64,000 nucleotides of DNA from Takakia lepidozioides. Taxonomy: Eukaryota; Plantae; Bryophyta. Of the stretch, positions 38,114 through 50,173 are shown in pieces. A program made the translations under genes and the position numbers. The stretch is from positions 56,296,001 to 56,360,000 of the forward strand of contig CM060732.1 of the NCBI GenBank assembly GCA_030704615.1. The letters are read 5' to 3'. Position 1 is the first letter of the stretch. Each line of letters opens with the position of its first letter. The notes under the pieces were generated by a model that was not told the DNA's origin, made no database searches, and was given only the letters and a program-made list of their open reading frames with translations.

Positions 38114-38815
38114 TAAAGTTTTCTTTTGGTTTTATTCGGGGCCAAATTTGAAATAGGATGGTTGTGTGTCCTTGTTGTCCTGTTTGCAATGTGTGCGTGG
38201 AATGCACATTAATGGGAACAAACTATTGTTGGAGATGGGGGTTGCATGGACTGCTCGGATTGTTCCTTCAATCTATTTAGTGTTCTCTGGACCTCACAGA
38301 CTTGAGTGCAGCAAATACAAACAAACGACTTTGGTTCGTGTACAGCATTCTCGCATCATTTGGTCGTTGGTCTCCAAACCATTCCTGCTAGAAGAATGGT
38401 TGGTGAATCCATCACGGTGAAGTCCACCTCATCAAAGAGCTGTGAGGCATTCTCAAATCTAATGAGCATCCATGATGCTCCCGCACATACGTGGCATGTT
38501 CGCAAGGGTGGTGAGTAAGAAAAGATTTCGCAGGGTTCCGCTTTAGATCATGTCAGTGTGCACCTCCTCACGACGTACCCACATAAACTTGTGAGGGCTT
38601 GGTATGTTGATAACGTCTGCATGGATGCAATGGATACAATGGATGTAACATATCCACTCTGCATTCCCGGGAAATGGCTGATCAACCCGCGGAAATAGGT
38701 GACACCCGCGGAAATAGACCCTGTATGTATGCTGACGTGGCGTGAGCCTGTGCTGGGCTCACGGTTTCCTGGGCTCACAGGCTCACGCCTCCGGGCTCAC
38801 AGAATAGCACCCCCC
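37135..38815. mobile_element. Truncated arm of a second Mutator-like element related to 39167-51014
   Basis: The end at 38815 reads GGGGGGTGCTATTCTGTGAGCC... on the - strand with GTGAGCC repeats, like the GGGGGCTGCTATTTCATGAGCC TIR at 39167. It interrupts repeat A2 of SDR-3. The other end was not found. Confidence 0.6.
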
Positions 38816-39629
38816 GCTTTATTCTAGTTAGTTTCACACTGTGTTTATTTAACTTGACAGCTGTCGTGCGCATACGTATCGCTACACAACTACATCACTG
38901 TCCAAACTACACCACACATATATGGACAATAAAGTAGTCTGCCACAATCGCCCCCCTAGCTGGTGGATATGTCCCTCTAACTCCAGATAGCTACAAGATG
39001 TAATAGCCACAGCCGTACTAAGTCCTTTATCACTGTCCCTATTGTACTCAAACTCTATAGACCAAGAGGCCGGGTACAAGAGTAGCCCTATCGTTAGTCG
39101 CTGTCTTGCAATCTGTGAACTTGAGCCAGGATCTCGTGTGTTCAAGGTCTCCTAGTAGCTTGGCCTGGGGGCTGCTATTTCATGAGCCATGAGCCATGAG
39201 CGACATGAGCCATGAGCAGAGTCGTAAGTGTGGAAAAAAACATGAGCAGCACTATTTTCCGGAAATGAGTGTCCGCGGGAATAGGGTTTAGGGTGCCACG
39301 GTCATAGGGGGAGAAGGACCTCCCGATGAAGGAGGTTCGGCAATGTTATTTAGAATTATATATTGAAAGGCAATGTTTTGCAAATGGAAGAGTGGTACTG
39401 CTCTGTACAATGGGGGCCCATTTCAGCCTACCAGCCACTTGCAAAATCCACCCACACTCCCAATCCCAAACGAAATGAGCAATGACGCATTCTCGGAACG
39501 ATGGACACAGAATAGAATAAAAAGAGGGCACAATGAGGTTTTTATTGATCCACATGAATTGCATTTGAAGCACGTCTACTGTGCTGATTGTGCAATCAAA
39601 TCTTTTGCCCTGTGCCTACTGAATACAAG

Positions 39630-40406
39630 TCACGTTGTCAATGGGACTTCGACTGCTCTCAGAACTAGCTCATGAGTCATGGGGCTCCTCCAGGTAAAGT
39701 CGATTGCAGCCGTTGTACCGCCCCTAGTGATGTTCACCACAATGTCCTGCCCTTCAATCATACCACCATCGAATATGGAAATCTTCACGTTTTCGTCGTC
39801 CACACCAATGCGAATGTCCCCATACAATGGAGAAGAGGAGCGCACTCCTTCAGGAGAATAGGTCTCTCCGATGGAGTCCACCCACGTCCAGTGGCAGCAG
39901 TTCCACCGCAACAGCATAGCAGTGCGCCTTCTTCTGCATGGGTGACCGTCGTAGCTGGGAAAATCGGAATTGAGGATGCGCATGAGCCACGGACTCCTCA
40001 GACCAAGATCGTCACCCCGCTCGAAGGCGTAGTGGCCTAGGATATACTCAAAAGCCACCAATGTTTCCACAATCGAACCAGTATCTTCTCTGTAATCTGT
40101 GTACCAGATAACAATGTCTCCCGATGTGGCCGAATACATTGCATAATCGATGCCTCCAAATGGGCAGTCGTCCCGGTTCCGGAAGCACGGCATCCTTGCA
40201 AAGGAGGACCTGAGGACGACTTGGATGCCGATGACAATGACCTTGCGGACAGCTACGAAGCCCTTAGATTTTGGAAATGATGCGAAGCGGAAGAGCAGTC
40301 CGGCCTCCAATAATGGAGCATCTGGGTCCCACGTACCCACCAACGGAGGTGGATCATGTTCATCACGCCAGCGGTGGATGAACCCATACATCTTTCTCAT
40401 CAACAA
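39630..40406 (-). CDS. Hypothetical protein (core ~187 aa from MPCFRN), paralogue of 40627-41328
   Basis: Intact intronless ORF, colinear with the neighbouring ORF (MPCxRNxxDCP..DYAM..SGDI..W..EY..G.Y.FERG..PW..RWNCC.WT..GE.Y..YGDIR..DGG.I.G.DIV..ELVLR..EVP). Confidence 0.75.
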   Translation of the reverse strand: MLMRKMYGFIHRWRDEHDPPPLVGTWDPDAPLLEAGLLFRFASFPKSKGFVAVRKVIVIGIQVVLRSSFARMPCFRNRDDCPFGGIDYAMYSATSGDIVIWYTDYREDTGSIVETLVAFEYILGHYAFERGDDLGLRSPWLMRILNSDFPSYDGHPCRRRRTAMLLRWNCCHWTWVDSIGETYSPEGVRSSSPLYGDIRIGVDDENVKISIFDGGMIEGQDIVVNITRGGTTAAIDFTWRSPMTHELVLRAVEVPLTT

Positions 40407-40626
40407 GTTATAGTTTGAGATCTGCCACCGAAGTCCATCCCCCCGGATGGAAATTCAGCGCCGCATTTACATCGAAGAGGGGATGGACTTCGTCGTGTCC
40501 AGTGGCTATCGGCCCACTTGGCAGTGACTGCCCATAGTTTGCATGGCAGGGTAGGAAACTGAAACGACTACATTCATGCAGCAGCCAATCTTCATGGGTC
40601 CAGGATCCTGTAGGGGGGAAATTTAA

Positions 40627-41328
40627 ATGTGCCCTGGAGTGTTTGTGAGGAATTGCAGCGTTAGCTTGAACTTTTTCCAGCCACCGCGCTGCTCCTCCTC
40701 CATCCGGGAGCTGCTGTCATTGAGCGTACTCCGCTACTCTTTTTCAAGGATGCCGTGCCGCCGAAATCCAGCCGACTGCCCTTATCATGGCCACGATTAT
40801 GCTATGTTCAAACCAGAATCAGGAGACATCATTGTCTGGCTCTCTGTTTTCACAGACGCTGCTGGAATCAAGCAAGAGTCTTTGCGTGCAATGGAGTATC
40901 TGGAGGGCTATTACCGCTTTGAGCGAGGTGAGGGCGAGGGTCAATGCGGTCCGTGGGTCCTGAAAATTGTTGACCTCGATATACCAAGCTGGAAAGGGAT
41001 GCCGGACAGATCACGCACGGCCTCGCTTTGGCGCTGGAACTGCTGCCAGTGGACCAGGGAGGACGGCACCGGGGAAAACTATATACGTGCATATCACTCC
41101 GCTCTTCCAGTGTATGGAGACATTCGGCTGAGTTGCGAAGACGAATCGCACGGGCACATGAGGCCCACAATGACCTTGTCAATGTATGATGGTGGTATCA
41201 TTGATGGACATGACATTGTCATCGGCTCCAGCAAGGGCAGCAGAACGACCGAATTGCAGTTTACCTCGAGGTGCCGCAGCAGTAATGAGCTTGTTTTGAG
41301 GGGTATCGAAGTTCCGTCGACTTGGTGA
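40627..41328 (+). CDS. Hypothetical protein (probable start ATG at 40750), paralogue of 39630-40406
   Basis: Intact ORF with end-to-end similarity to the divergently oriented neighbour. Confidence 0.75.
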   Translation: MCPGVFVRNCSVSLNFFQPPRCSSSIRELLSLSVLRYSFSRMPCRRNPADCPYHGHDYAMFKPESGDIIVWLSVFTDAAGIKQESLRAMEYLEGYYRFERGEGEGQCGPWVLKIVDLDIPSWKGMPDRSRTASLWRWNCCQWTREDGTGENYIRAYHSALPVYGDIRLSCEDESHGHMRPTMTLSMYDGGIIDGHDIVIGSSKGSRTTELQFTSRCRSSNELVLRGIEVPSTW

Positions 41329-41352
41329 AGCCCATGTAGAAGGAGGAAGGGC

Positions 41353-44146
41353 TTAGTTTTGTCTGCAGTTGGTAAATGTGAGACATCGTGTCCGATCAAT
41401 AAACCCATCGTACCTCACTTCCGCAGAGTGCCACCGAAAACATAAAATGCGAATGCGGTGCCGCATTTCCGAGATAAACCTCGTAACCAGGCTTCGCATA
41501 CAAGGGCAGCTGTGCTTCACCTGTAAACAATTTGCATTGCAGCTTTCCCCGCTCCCTCCTGATGTGTAAACTCCACGCTCCTTCTTGCTGTCTGTAGCTC
41601 TCTGGCGAAAAGGTTGTCCTTGTACGCACATCTGAAACGTGTCACGTAGTCTTCCAATGTCTGTGTTCCATCCCATTTGACGTACAAGCCGAACGAATTT
41701 GTGTGCATTACGACTTGCTCCTTCGCATTCGACATTACCTGCGATTCCCAAATGCATTGTCACGTAGCAGTTCAGGGAATTCATTTCAGAAAAGCAAATC
41801 TGGGGAAGTACCTTGAATTACCTGGAACCACCAAGTCATGCGGTTGAGCCACACATCCACTGCAGGGTCGGAAACTTCGAGTGGAAAAGACCACATTGTC
41901 CTTATGCTCTCGGATGCATTCCAGATCGACAGCCACCGTGTCTGCCATTTCCGATCCAATGTCAGGAGCTGGAAGAGAGTGGCTATTGCTAGGAAGGAAC
42001 TTCAGTGCATTGAAACCTCACCTTCTCTTTCGCCTCAACACATGCCGTTGAGAGGTGATGCAGTTTCTCCAATTGCATGGTCGGCTGCATGGCCCGAGAA
42101 TAGTGTTTTGCAATCTCGGGGATGAAGTCCTTTCCAAGTGCCGGATCTGCAATTGCCACTAGCTTCACAAGCTTTGACTTGTATTTGGTTCTGGACTTGA
42201 CACCGGCTTCCTTCAAGTGCTCAGTCAATGACTGCAACGTTTTGACCTGCCCCTCACTTTCCATGAAGAAGCGTTTGGCATGGGCCAAATCCAGCTTGAT
42301 GTTTGACTGCCAACAAAAACATGCAGAAGCGTTACATTCGATTCATGTGGAAAGATTACTGGAAATTGGGGAAGGATGAGCAGAGGGAAATTGGAGGACG
42401 ACTTACTTCGTATATCACCTCCACCATTCCATCCATAGTGAGACGATACCATGTCCGGTCTGTTTTTGCAACGGCTTTCTGAATGAGCTCGGGCTCCAGC
42501 ATTTCCGCAAACATCTGCGGATCAGTGAGACCAGTTTTCCTCACCCTGTACAACATATGTGCCATGTGGGTATGCACATACGCATTCTCAGTGACCCTGC
42601 AAGGCACACTCTCCAGTTCAGTACACGGAAGCACGGAAACAAACCAGAATGGAAACCGAAATGCGGCACCGCATTTCGAACGTGCTAGGGAGGGTATGAG
42701 TATCTTACGAGTTGAGGTCCGCCATGGCATTCTTGAGCAGGGAGGAGTCTGCCGCCTTCACCTTGAGGATGACACACTCCACCATGTAATGCCAGCCAAT
42801 GTGCTTGGCATGGTTCTGCTTGATGTACTCCCACCAGGCAAGAAGTCGGTGATTCCCGTCCCACACAAAGAACATTTTACCCGACATATGGCCGAAGTCT
42901 GGATCACCCTTCAGCGTCGCCTCGAATTCGTCGTTGCGAGTGTGCCAGTGGGTATCCCACGTTGACAGTTCATCGGCAGTGGGTCCACGAGTTTCGCCAT
43001 CCTCATTCTCAATGGAAACGTAAAACGCTGCCGATCCCAGACGGTACCCTTCTCGAAATGCGAACTTGAGCTTATCCACATCTCCGGGAAGGGCCTGCTT
43101 GACGATGGGAAGGGAGACCATGCGACAGAGTGGGATTCGAAGAGTCCGCTGGAATACCCTACTGCCCAGAACTGTGCCAATGCTACTGTGTGTCTCCTCC
43201 AACATTTTATCCGCTGCACTTTTGAAATCCTCCGGAGACATGTCTGTAGGTGCCTGTAGTGGCTGAGCAGCTGGAGCATCCTCAACTGGAGCTGCACTCT
43301 GGGGCCTGTTTGCGGGCAATTCTGCCATTGCAGAGGCCTTCTCCGGGCCTGCTTGCTCATCGGTGTTGAGGTCTTGCTGCGAACGTTGAGCGGCAGCACC
43401 CTCCTCTGGTACCAAATCGACAGAAACGGTCGATCCCATTGCCTTCGCTGCAGCAGAGACGGCCCCAACATCTGCAGGCGGGAAATCCTCCAGGAACTGA
43501 GTTTCAGCTCGTGGAAGCGGTTTTGCGGGAGATTGTTTGGCCCGTCGCCCTGATTGCCTTCTGCTTCCTCATCCTTGCAGGTGAAGGTGTCTGCTGCAAT
43601 TGAATCTGTCTTTTACCCTGCTGCTTCATTCGCGTTGGTGGGGGTGAAACGGCCTGAGCCGGTTCAGAAACCAGTAGAGGGACGGGCTGCTTCTTCTTCG
43701 ACTTTGCTGGAGAAGGGCCCGACCCCTGCTGGCGATTCTCCATGACCGAAGAACGCGAGTCGATCTCTGGGGCTTTGAACTTGCCCTTCGAAGCCGCGTC
43801 TTTGAAACGCACAGGGCTAGGCCCGGCATGAATACCGGCGCTCGGGGATCGGGTGGGTGTACGTGCTGCAGCTAGCTCCACGGACTCTTCCTGCGGCTCT
43901 TCGGATTCCTGCGATCCCTCCAGCACGTCCACCTTTCCTGTTAGGCATGCAAACATGTTCTGTATTCAAGTCTCCTAGCATTCAGTCTAAGAATTACAAA
44001 AGCAAAATGGGGGGTTCGGTGCTCGATCAGCTGCGCGCAGCCCGATCGCATGGAGCTCTCACTGGTGGCTGGGTTGCCTGAGTGGCCTGCTGCTCGGAGA
44101 TGGCAATCTCCTCCTGTAGACGCATCTGCTTCCTCCCCTTCGGCAT
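41353..44146 (-). CDS. Spliced gene encoding a ParB/Srx-like N-terminal-domain protein
   Basis: Exon 42709-~43447 reads RIPLCRM...VDKLK...FFVWDGNHRLLAW, the ParB/sulfiredoxin Box II G.HR motif. GT-AG intron 42597-42708 joins in frame to VTENAYV...; more exons run to ~41510. Terminal exon boundaries are uncertain. Confidence 0.65.
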
Positions 44147-44579
44147 TGGCCTACGTCCGAAGTATAATTTTCGGAGCTTGCGACGAGGTCTCCTGTCTGG
44201 TGCACGAACTCCCCCCCTCTCAGGTTCGAGCATAAGAAGAACAGAGACAGGGAAAAGGGGCAAAGAGTGCAGCTGGAAAGGGCGCGAGAGGGGTGACTGA
44301 GGAGACACGACAAAAGTAGATGAAACGGCGGTGATGCACCACTTGGGTTCGAAAGGGTTGGACGAAAGTGTCTCCTCGTGGACTTTGCGTCATTACGAAA
44401 TTCGAATCGTTCAGGGTACGCCTGCCGTCCGAAAAACAAACATCATTATCCAACGGTCAGGCCGCGCCGCCTCATGCCACTTCAGTCAGATAGAGTGCAG
44501 ACATGTGCCGCAATTTCGTTGCTCCACGTGTTCACATTTCAAGGCATTTTCGTCCCAGCGTCTGATGAGTTGGAGTGAA

Positions 44580-46160
44580 AATGCGAATGCGGCGCCGCAT
44601 TTCCGTTAAGTACCATCACGAAGCTACACATCCGTACTTGTTGGAAGAAAATGCGGCACCGCATTTCCGTTCCACCTTCACATACCTTAGTTGTTGAACG
44701 GAAATACGGTGCCGCATTTCCGTCCCACAGCTCCATGTATGAGACACAAAAGGGAAATGCGGCGCCGCATTTCCGTTCTGGAATGTCGAAAGGTGCGATT
44801 CGGACGGAAATGCGACACAACATTTCAATTCCCGTGGTTCATGATTTTCAATCTGAACGGAAATACGGTACCGCATTTCCGTTCCTCCTTCACATACCTT
44901 AGTTGATGAACGGAAATGCCGTGCCACATTTCCGTTCGGGAAAGTATAGAGGTCTCACCTGAACAGAAATGCGGTGCCGCATTTCCGGTCTGGAAAGTTT
45001 GAAGGTCTCACATGGATGGAAATGCGGCACCACATTTCCGTCCCACAGCTCCAGGCCTCATATACAAAACGGAAATGCGGCGCCGCATTTCCGTTCTAGA
45101 ATGTCGGAAGGTGCGACTCGGACGGAAATGCGGTGCCGCATTTCTGTTCCCGTTATTCACGATTTTCAGTCAGAACGGAAATGCGGTAGCGCATTTCCGT
45201 TCTGTAGAGTATTAAGGTCTGACCCTGGCGGAAATGCGGTGCCGCATTTTCGTTCCACAGCTCCATGCCTGACATACAAAACGGAAATGCGGCGCCGCAT
45301 TTCCGTTTTGGAATGTCGAAAGGTGCGACTCCGACGGAAATGCGGTACCGCATTTCAGTTCCGATGTTTCACGATTTTTCATCAGAACGGAAATGCGGTG
45401 CCGCATTTGCGTTCTGGAATGTTGGGAGGTGCGACTCGGATGGAAATGCGCTGCCGCATTTCAGTTCCGATGGTTCACGATTTTCAGTCAGAACGGAAAT
45501 GCGGTACCGCATTTCCGTTCTGGATAGTATGAATGTCTCAAGCGGTCGGAATTGCACTCGGCTCCATGCATCAGATACAAAATGGAAATGCGGCGCTGCA
45601 TTTCCGTTCTGGAATGTCGGAAAGTGCGACTCGGACGGAAATGCGGTGCCGCATTTCTGTTCCCGTTGTTCATAATTCTCAATCAGAACGGAAATACGGT
45701 ACCGCATTTCCGTTCCACCTTCACATACCGTGCTTGTTGGATGGAAATGCGTTACCGCATTTCCGTTCTGGAGAGTATGAATGTCTTGTGAGGACGGAAA
45801 TGTGGTGCAGCATTTCTATCCCTCAGCTCCATGCGTCAGATATAAAACGGAAATGTTGCGCCGTATTTCTGTTCTGGTATGTCGGAAGGTGCGACTGTAA
45901 CGGAAATGCGGTGCCGCATTTCTGTTCCCGTTGTTCATAATTCTCAATCAGAACGGAAATGCGGTACTGAAAGGAAATGCGGTACCGCATTTCCGTACCA
46001 CCTTCACATACCGTGCTTGCTGGATGGAAATGCGTTACCGCATTTCCGTTTTGGAGAGTATAAAGGTTTCCCCCGGACGGAAACTGGGTGCCGCATTTCC
46101 GTCGCTCTGGTGCATGACCAAGATGTAATACGGGAATGCGGCGCCGTATTTCCGTCCACC
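44580..46160. repeat. Array of ~30 palindromes, ACGGAAATGCGG(T/C)(G/A)CCGCATTTCCGTT, at a 53-bp period with about five recurring 26-bp spacer types
   Basis: Unit starts at 44698, 44751, 44804, 44857 and onward. Spacer classes CCACCTTCACATACC, CCCACAGCTCCA, CTGGAATGTCGGAAGGTGCGACT, CCCGTTGTTCA.AATT and CTGGAGAGTAT recur. Confidence 0.95.
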
Positions 46161-46518
46161 AGCAATCGAAAGAATCACTCGGGACGGGAAATCTGGAACC
46201 TGAATGGGTTGCATTGTTCCGAAACAACACAATTGCGGCTAGTCTTGATGAGCACAACTTGGTTGTCTGACCGTTTTAACTAACAGTACTGGCACTTGTT
46301 AGTGCGAACGTTCCTGTCTGCAGCGAGAATACTGCTGGATCCACCCTCAGGAGAAACTGTCAGGAAATGTTATTTCGTCGCCGAATCGGCCATCATTGTC
46401 ATACTTACTGGCTATGGAATCACACCTCCCACCTTCATGCATGTAGCTTGAAACAATACTTTCCACTTCAATGTGCGACTTCCAATCGTCGATGGACTCC
46501 GCATGGTGCCTGTGAGCC

Positions 46519-49500
46519 TTGGTCTGTCGCTATACTGAACCTCGCACTTGCCAACTTCGTGCGGTGTTCGATGGCTCCGAATTCCTACCTATAGTTTGCT
46601 GTCCTCCGCAACTTGGGAGAGCCTGGATCCCAAACGAGGGAGGACTTTGCAGAGTGACTGAAACTTACCTTTGTTCCAAATTCAAGCTCAAACCGGGCAC
46701 AGTTTATTTGGAAGAAGAAAGGAAGGATGTTCCTGGACAGGTTGACGAGACCATTGTCGTGCTAGGTAACGACGGAGGTTGCGGAATCGAATGGCACGTA
46801 CCCCCATCAGACACCATCCTGTACCGAGCTGTGGGAATGCCCATTCCCTTTCCGAATCAGTCGCTGCCCACACCATCCACAAAGGAGTCCGGAAACCGAC
46901 AGGCGGCCACTGCCAACAGAGAGGTATGCAACGATAATCATTCCCGACCTGGACCGTCAAGACCCTCCATAGCTTCTCGTGTCGACGTATTCGACATTTC
47001 CGACGAGGAAGATGATTGCATTGAGGTACCCATGTCCTCCACACGGTCGTTCAAATCCGGCATGGACGTCTCTGTAGGTGCTACGCATGTGCCCTCAAGC
47101 ATAACTCCAACCCGGTCCATTGTGCAGCTCCTACGACAACATCGCCTCGATGGTTCTCGCTCCGAGCTGGCTGCTCTCGACTATGCCAAATTCCCAGTCA
47201 GAAAGGTAACGTTTCTGCCTCCCAAAGTCGATGGCAATGTCATCTTCGAGTTTCCACCTGTTTCTTCGTCAAACAAAGCCTCCGGGATGTTAACAGACAT
47301 GGATCGAAAGCATGACGGACACCCCTGGTGTGTGACGAAGACCAGTAGCACGAAAATTGCTGATGGTGTTCGTGTACGATATGTCCTCTGTGCGGGGAAG
47401 CTGAGGTGCCTCAATCCCACCTGCTTCCACTTTCTCTCCAAAGGAGGGCGGAGAAACGAGACGGATTGGACTGACACAACGCATCATCCATTCATTGTCT
47501 CCAGCCAAGCTCCTGCGGGTTCTTTCAAGTGTGCACATTGCAAAGAACCACCGACGTGCATGTCCATGTGCAGAGCCAAGCAATATTACGTAATCCATTT
47601 GCTCCCGGACTTGACTAGAGCTTGCATACACGTTGGGGTCCACTGCCACCCCTTGGCGAGAGGCAACATGCGTGAGGCTGTGCAGGAAGCACACGACATC
47701 ATAAAAGAGGAGGTGAAATTGAGCCCCGGAGCCAGACCAAAGCAGATTCAGCTGAAGGCAGCCCACAAGATTGCTCTTGGCAAATCATGTCTGAAGATGG
47801 TTCCGATCGAGAGCCCTTGACCGAAGACGAGATGCGTGACCTCTTGGAGTCCGTCTCGCACGTTTGTAGTCCGAATGTGCGGAATCACATCGTATCTTGC
47901 AAGCAAGAGTTCGGCAGGGGGTCGGACATGTACTCAATCCTGGAGGTCAAACGAATGACTGGATATGACTACATCCAAGGTAGCAGGTTTCCAGGGCAAG
48001 GCAGCGAATCCGATCGTTGTTACATTTTCAAAATGTCGACGTGTGGGCCTGGGAGTGGAGTCGACTTGGTCACTCGCATGACAACTGGAACTTGTCGAAT
48101 GCTTGGGTGATGTTTGATCACATCAAGCGAATTACAAACCATCAGTGGTGACTATGGGTGCGCATGTTTATGACTATCACTCCAAGAGGTTCATGACGAT
48201 TGCAATCTGCGAGATGAAAGGGGAGGACACACAGTCCGAGATGCATCTGTGGGAGGGCATAAACGAGCAGATGGCAAGGGCGGGATTGCCAGAGCCCAAT
48301 TTCAGGGGATTCATGGCAGACAACGCTCAGGCCAACTGGGCAGCGGTGCGGCGTGTGTACGGTGAGGACCCCAATGTTCCAATGGAGGGGAAAGAGAGAT
48401 CCTGTGGATTCCATTGGATGCAGAGTCTATCCCACTACACTACCAAATTTGTTGCTAGCTCATTCCAGGCTGAACACCGTGTCCTTTGTACGGCGTGGAA
48501 GGATGCACCTACATTTGATGACGCGGAGGTTAAGTTTGCTATCATCGAGGCTTGGTGGAACACGTCAGGTGCAGTGGAGACAACCAATCTGGGAGCATTG
48601 CACAGCTGGTTGGGGTGGTGGCATTTTCGGTATCGACAGTTCGGACAGTACATGCGGGAGGTAGGCTGCTGTCATTTTTGTTCATTTGTCTTTCTGTTAC
48701 GGACATTTCGATTGGTCCCTCACCATTGTTTGTGTCCTTCTAGGAGCGGTGCTTGGATTCCGACACGGACATGCCGAACACGAATATGGCAGAATCGGTC
48801 CACTCCTCCTGGCGAGCGTCTTCTGCCGCACATCTGGTGGACGTAGTGACGGCCACAACGGAGGACATCGACAGAGCAATCATGCAGCAAGCCACGTACT
48901 ACAAGTTCCTGAGCGGCAAACAATGGGGCTTTGGGCCGGACAGGGAGGAATTGTTGGTACGAACAGCTTCGAGGTCCAAGAATCCACTGAAATGGGCGAC
49001 AGCATTGCGAGAGAAGATCAAAGGGACGCCTCTGCACCGCAGAGGTGAACACCTAGAGGGGGACGTCCGGACTCGCCCTGTGAGGCGGAGGATTGAAGAG
49101 GAACCCGGGTGCGAAGAGGATTCCTGGAGATCGACAGGAACATTCGGACAGCACCTCGAGGTCCCGTCATGTTGCCGCACAATGTGTCTTCCAGCAGTGG
49201 AAGCCCAAGAAATTCCAGATCGCCGTCGCCTTCAACCGGGGATTTCGTGCGAGAAATTCCCACCACTCCCTTGCCCCAGATTCCGCCCGCTGTTATGCAG
49301 TATGGCCAAGCCATTGTGGAGACGACTGTGTCTGCATCACAGTGGATAATTGCTCGCACAAAGCCGTCGTTTCGAGGAAGGTGTTCCGCAATTCGTGTGG
49401 ATACACGACAACGTTGTTTAGAGATGATAAGGAGGAATCCAGATGGGGCTGTCCCTGCTCCTACTTTTATAGGAAGATTTGTCCATGAAAAGTTTGCGGA

Positions 49501-50173
49501 GGCGACAACCACCCAGTTCTGGTTCTGCAGGCACGACATTATGACTTGCGTGTATGGAAAGCCCAAGTACGGCATACAAACAATGCCAGAGGCTCCCCCG
49601 GTGTGGCCGGTGGAACCAAGCTGCGATCTGAGTCAGGTTGAGGCCGACGCCCTTACCGCCGCAGGATTTCGGATGGTGCAGCGCACTGACGTCCCCAGAC
49701 AACCATTTCCGCTTCCACAGCCTCCACCACCACCCCCTGTGAGAGCAAGAACAATGGGACACGACAGCTCTAAGCATCCTACACACCGTTGGGGGAAACC
49801 GAAGAGGCGGCGACCTCCCTCAAAAGTGAACGAGACAAGGATGGGGAATGCACTTCGGATGAACTGTACAATCCAGAGCTCGACAGAAGTGCCCCCACCA
49901 GGATTCGGGCGTGTGTATCAGATGGCCACGGCAGGCTCAGCTGTTCGCAATGAGGTGTACACCATCACCATTTCAGAATTACCCACCTGCAATTGCACCG
50001 ACTTCCAGATCATGGCGAACAAGGGGGCATCATACTGCCCTTGCAAGCATTTGTACTACATGTACCTAAAGAGACTCCGTTGTAATTCCACAACTCATCA
50101 CTTCATACATGCACCAGGGTTGAGCCCCCAGGAGGTTCACACTCTTCTGAATATGGATCCAGGGGACCAGTGA
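46519..50173 (+). CDS. Mutator-family DDE transposase with an N-terminal Cys/His zinc domain and a C-terminal SWIM finger (about three frameshifts; intron 48661-48743)
   Basis: VMFDH (D1), FMADNA (D2), CGFHW (CxxH), TNMAESVHSSW (E), SWIM CNCTDF...CPCKHLYY. N-terminal CAGKLRC...CAHC...C...HVGVHCHP. Confidence 0.8.

Noticed and set aside
31440-38815. A single intact transposon covering the TnpA/NIF, En/Spm and MTase pieces
   Set aside because: No matching left TIR or TSD (GCTTTATT) was found; the region looks like joined fragments of different elements.
44580-46160. CRISPR array (palindromic repeats with constant-length spacers)
   Set aside because: Spacers recur in about five classes rather than being unique, no cas genes are present, and the context is a eukaryotic transposon.
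44539-46283. Many overlapping ORFs (EMRRRISV / GNAAPHFR / RKCGAAF)
   Set aside because: These are translation artefacts of the palindromic array in all six frames.
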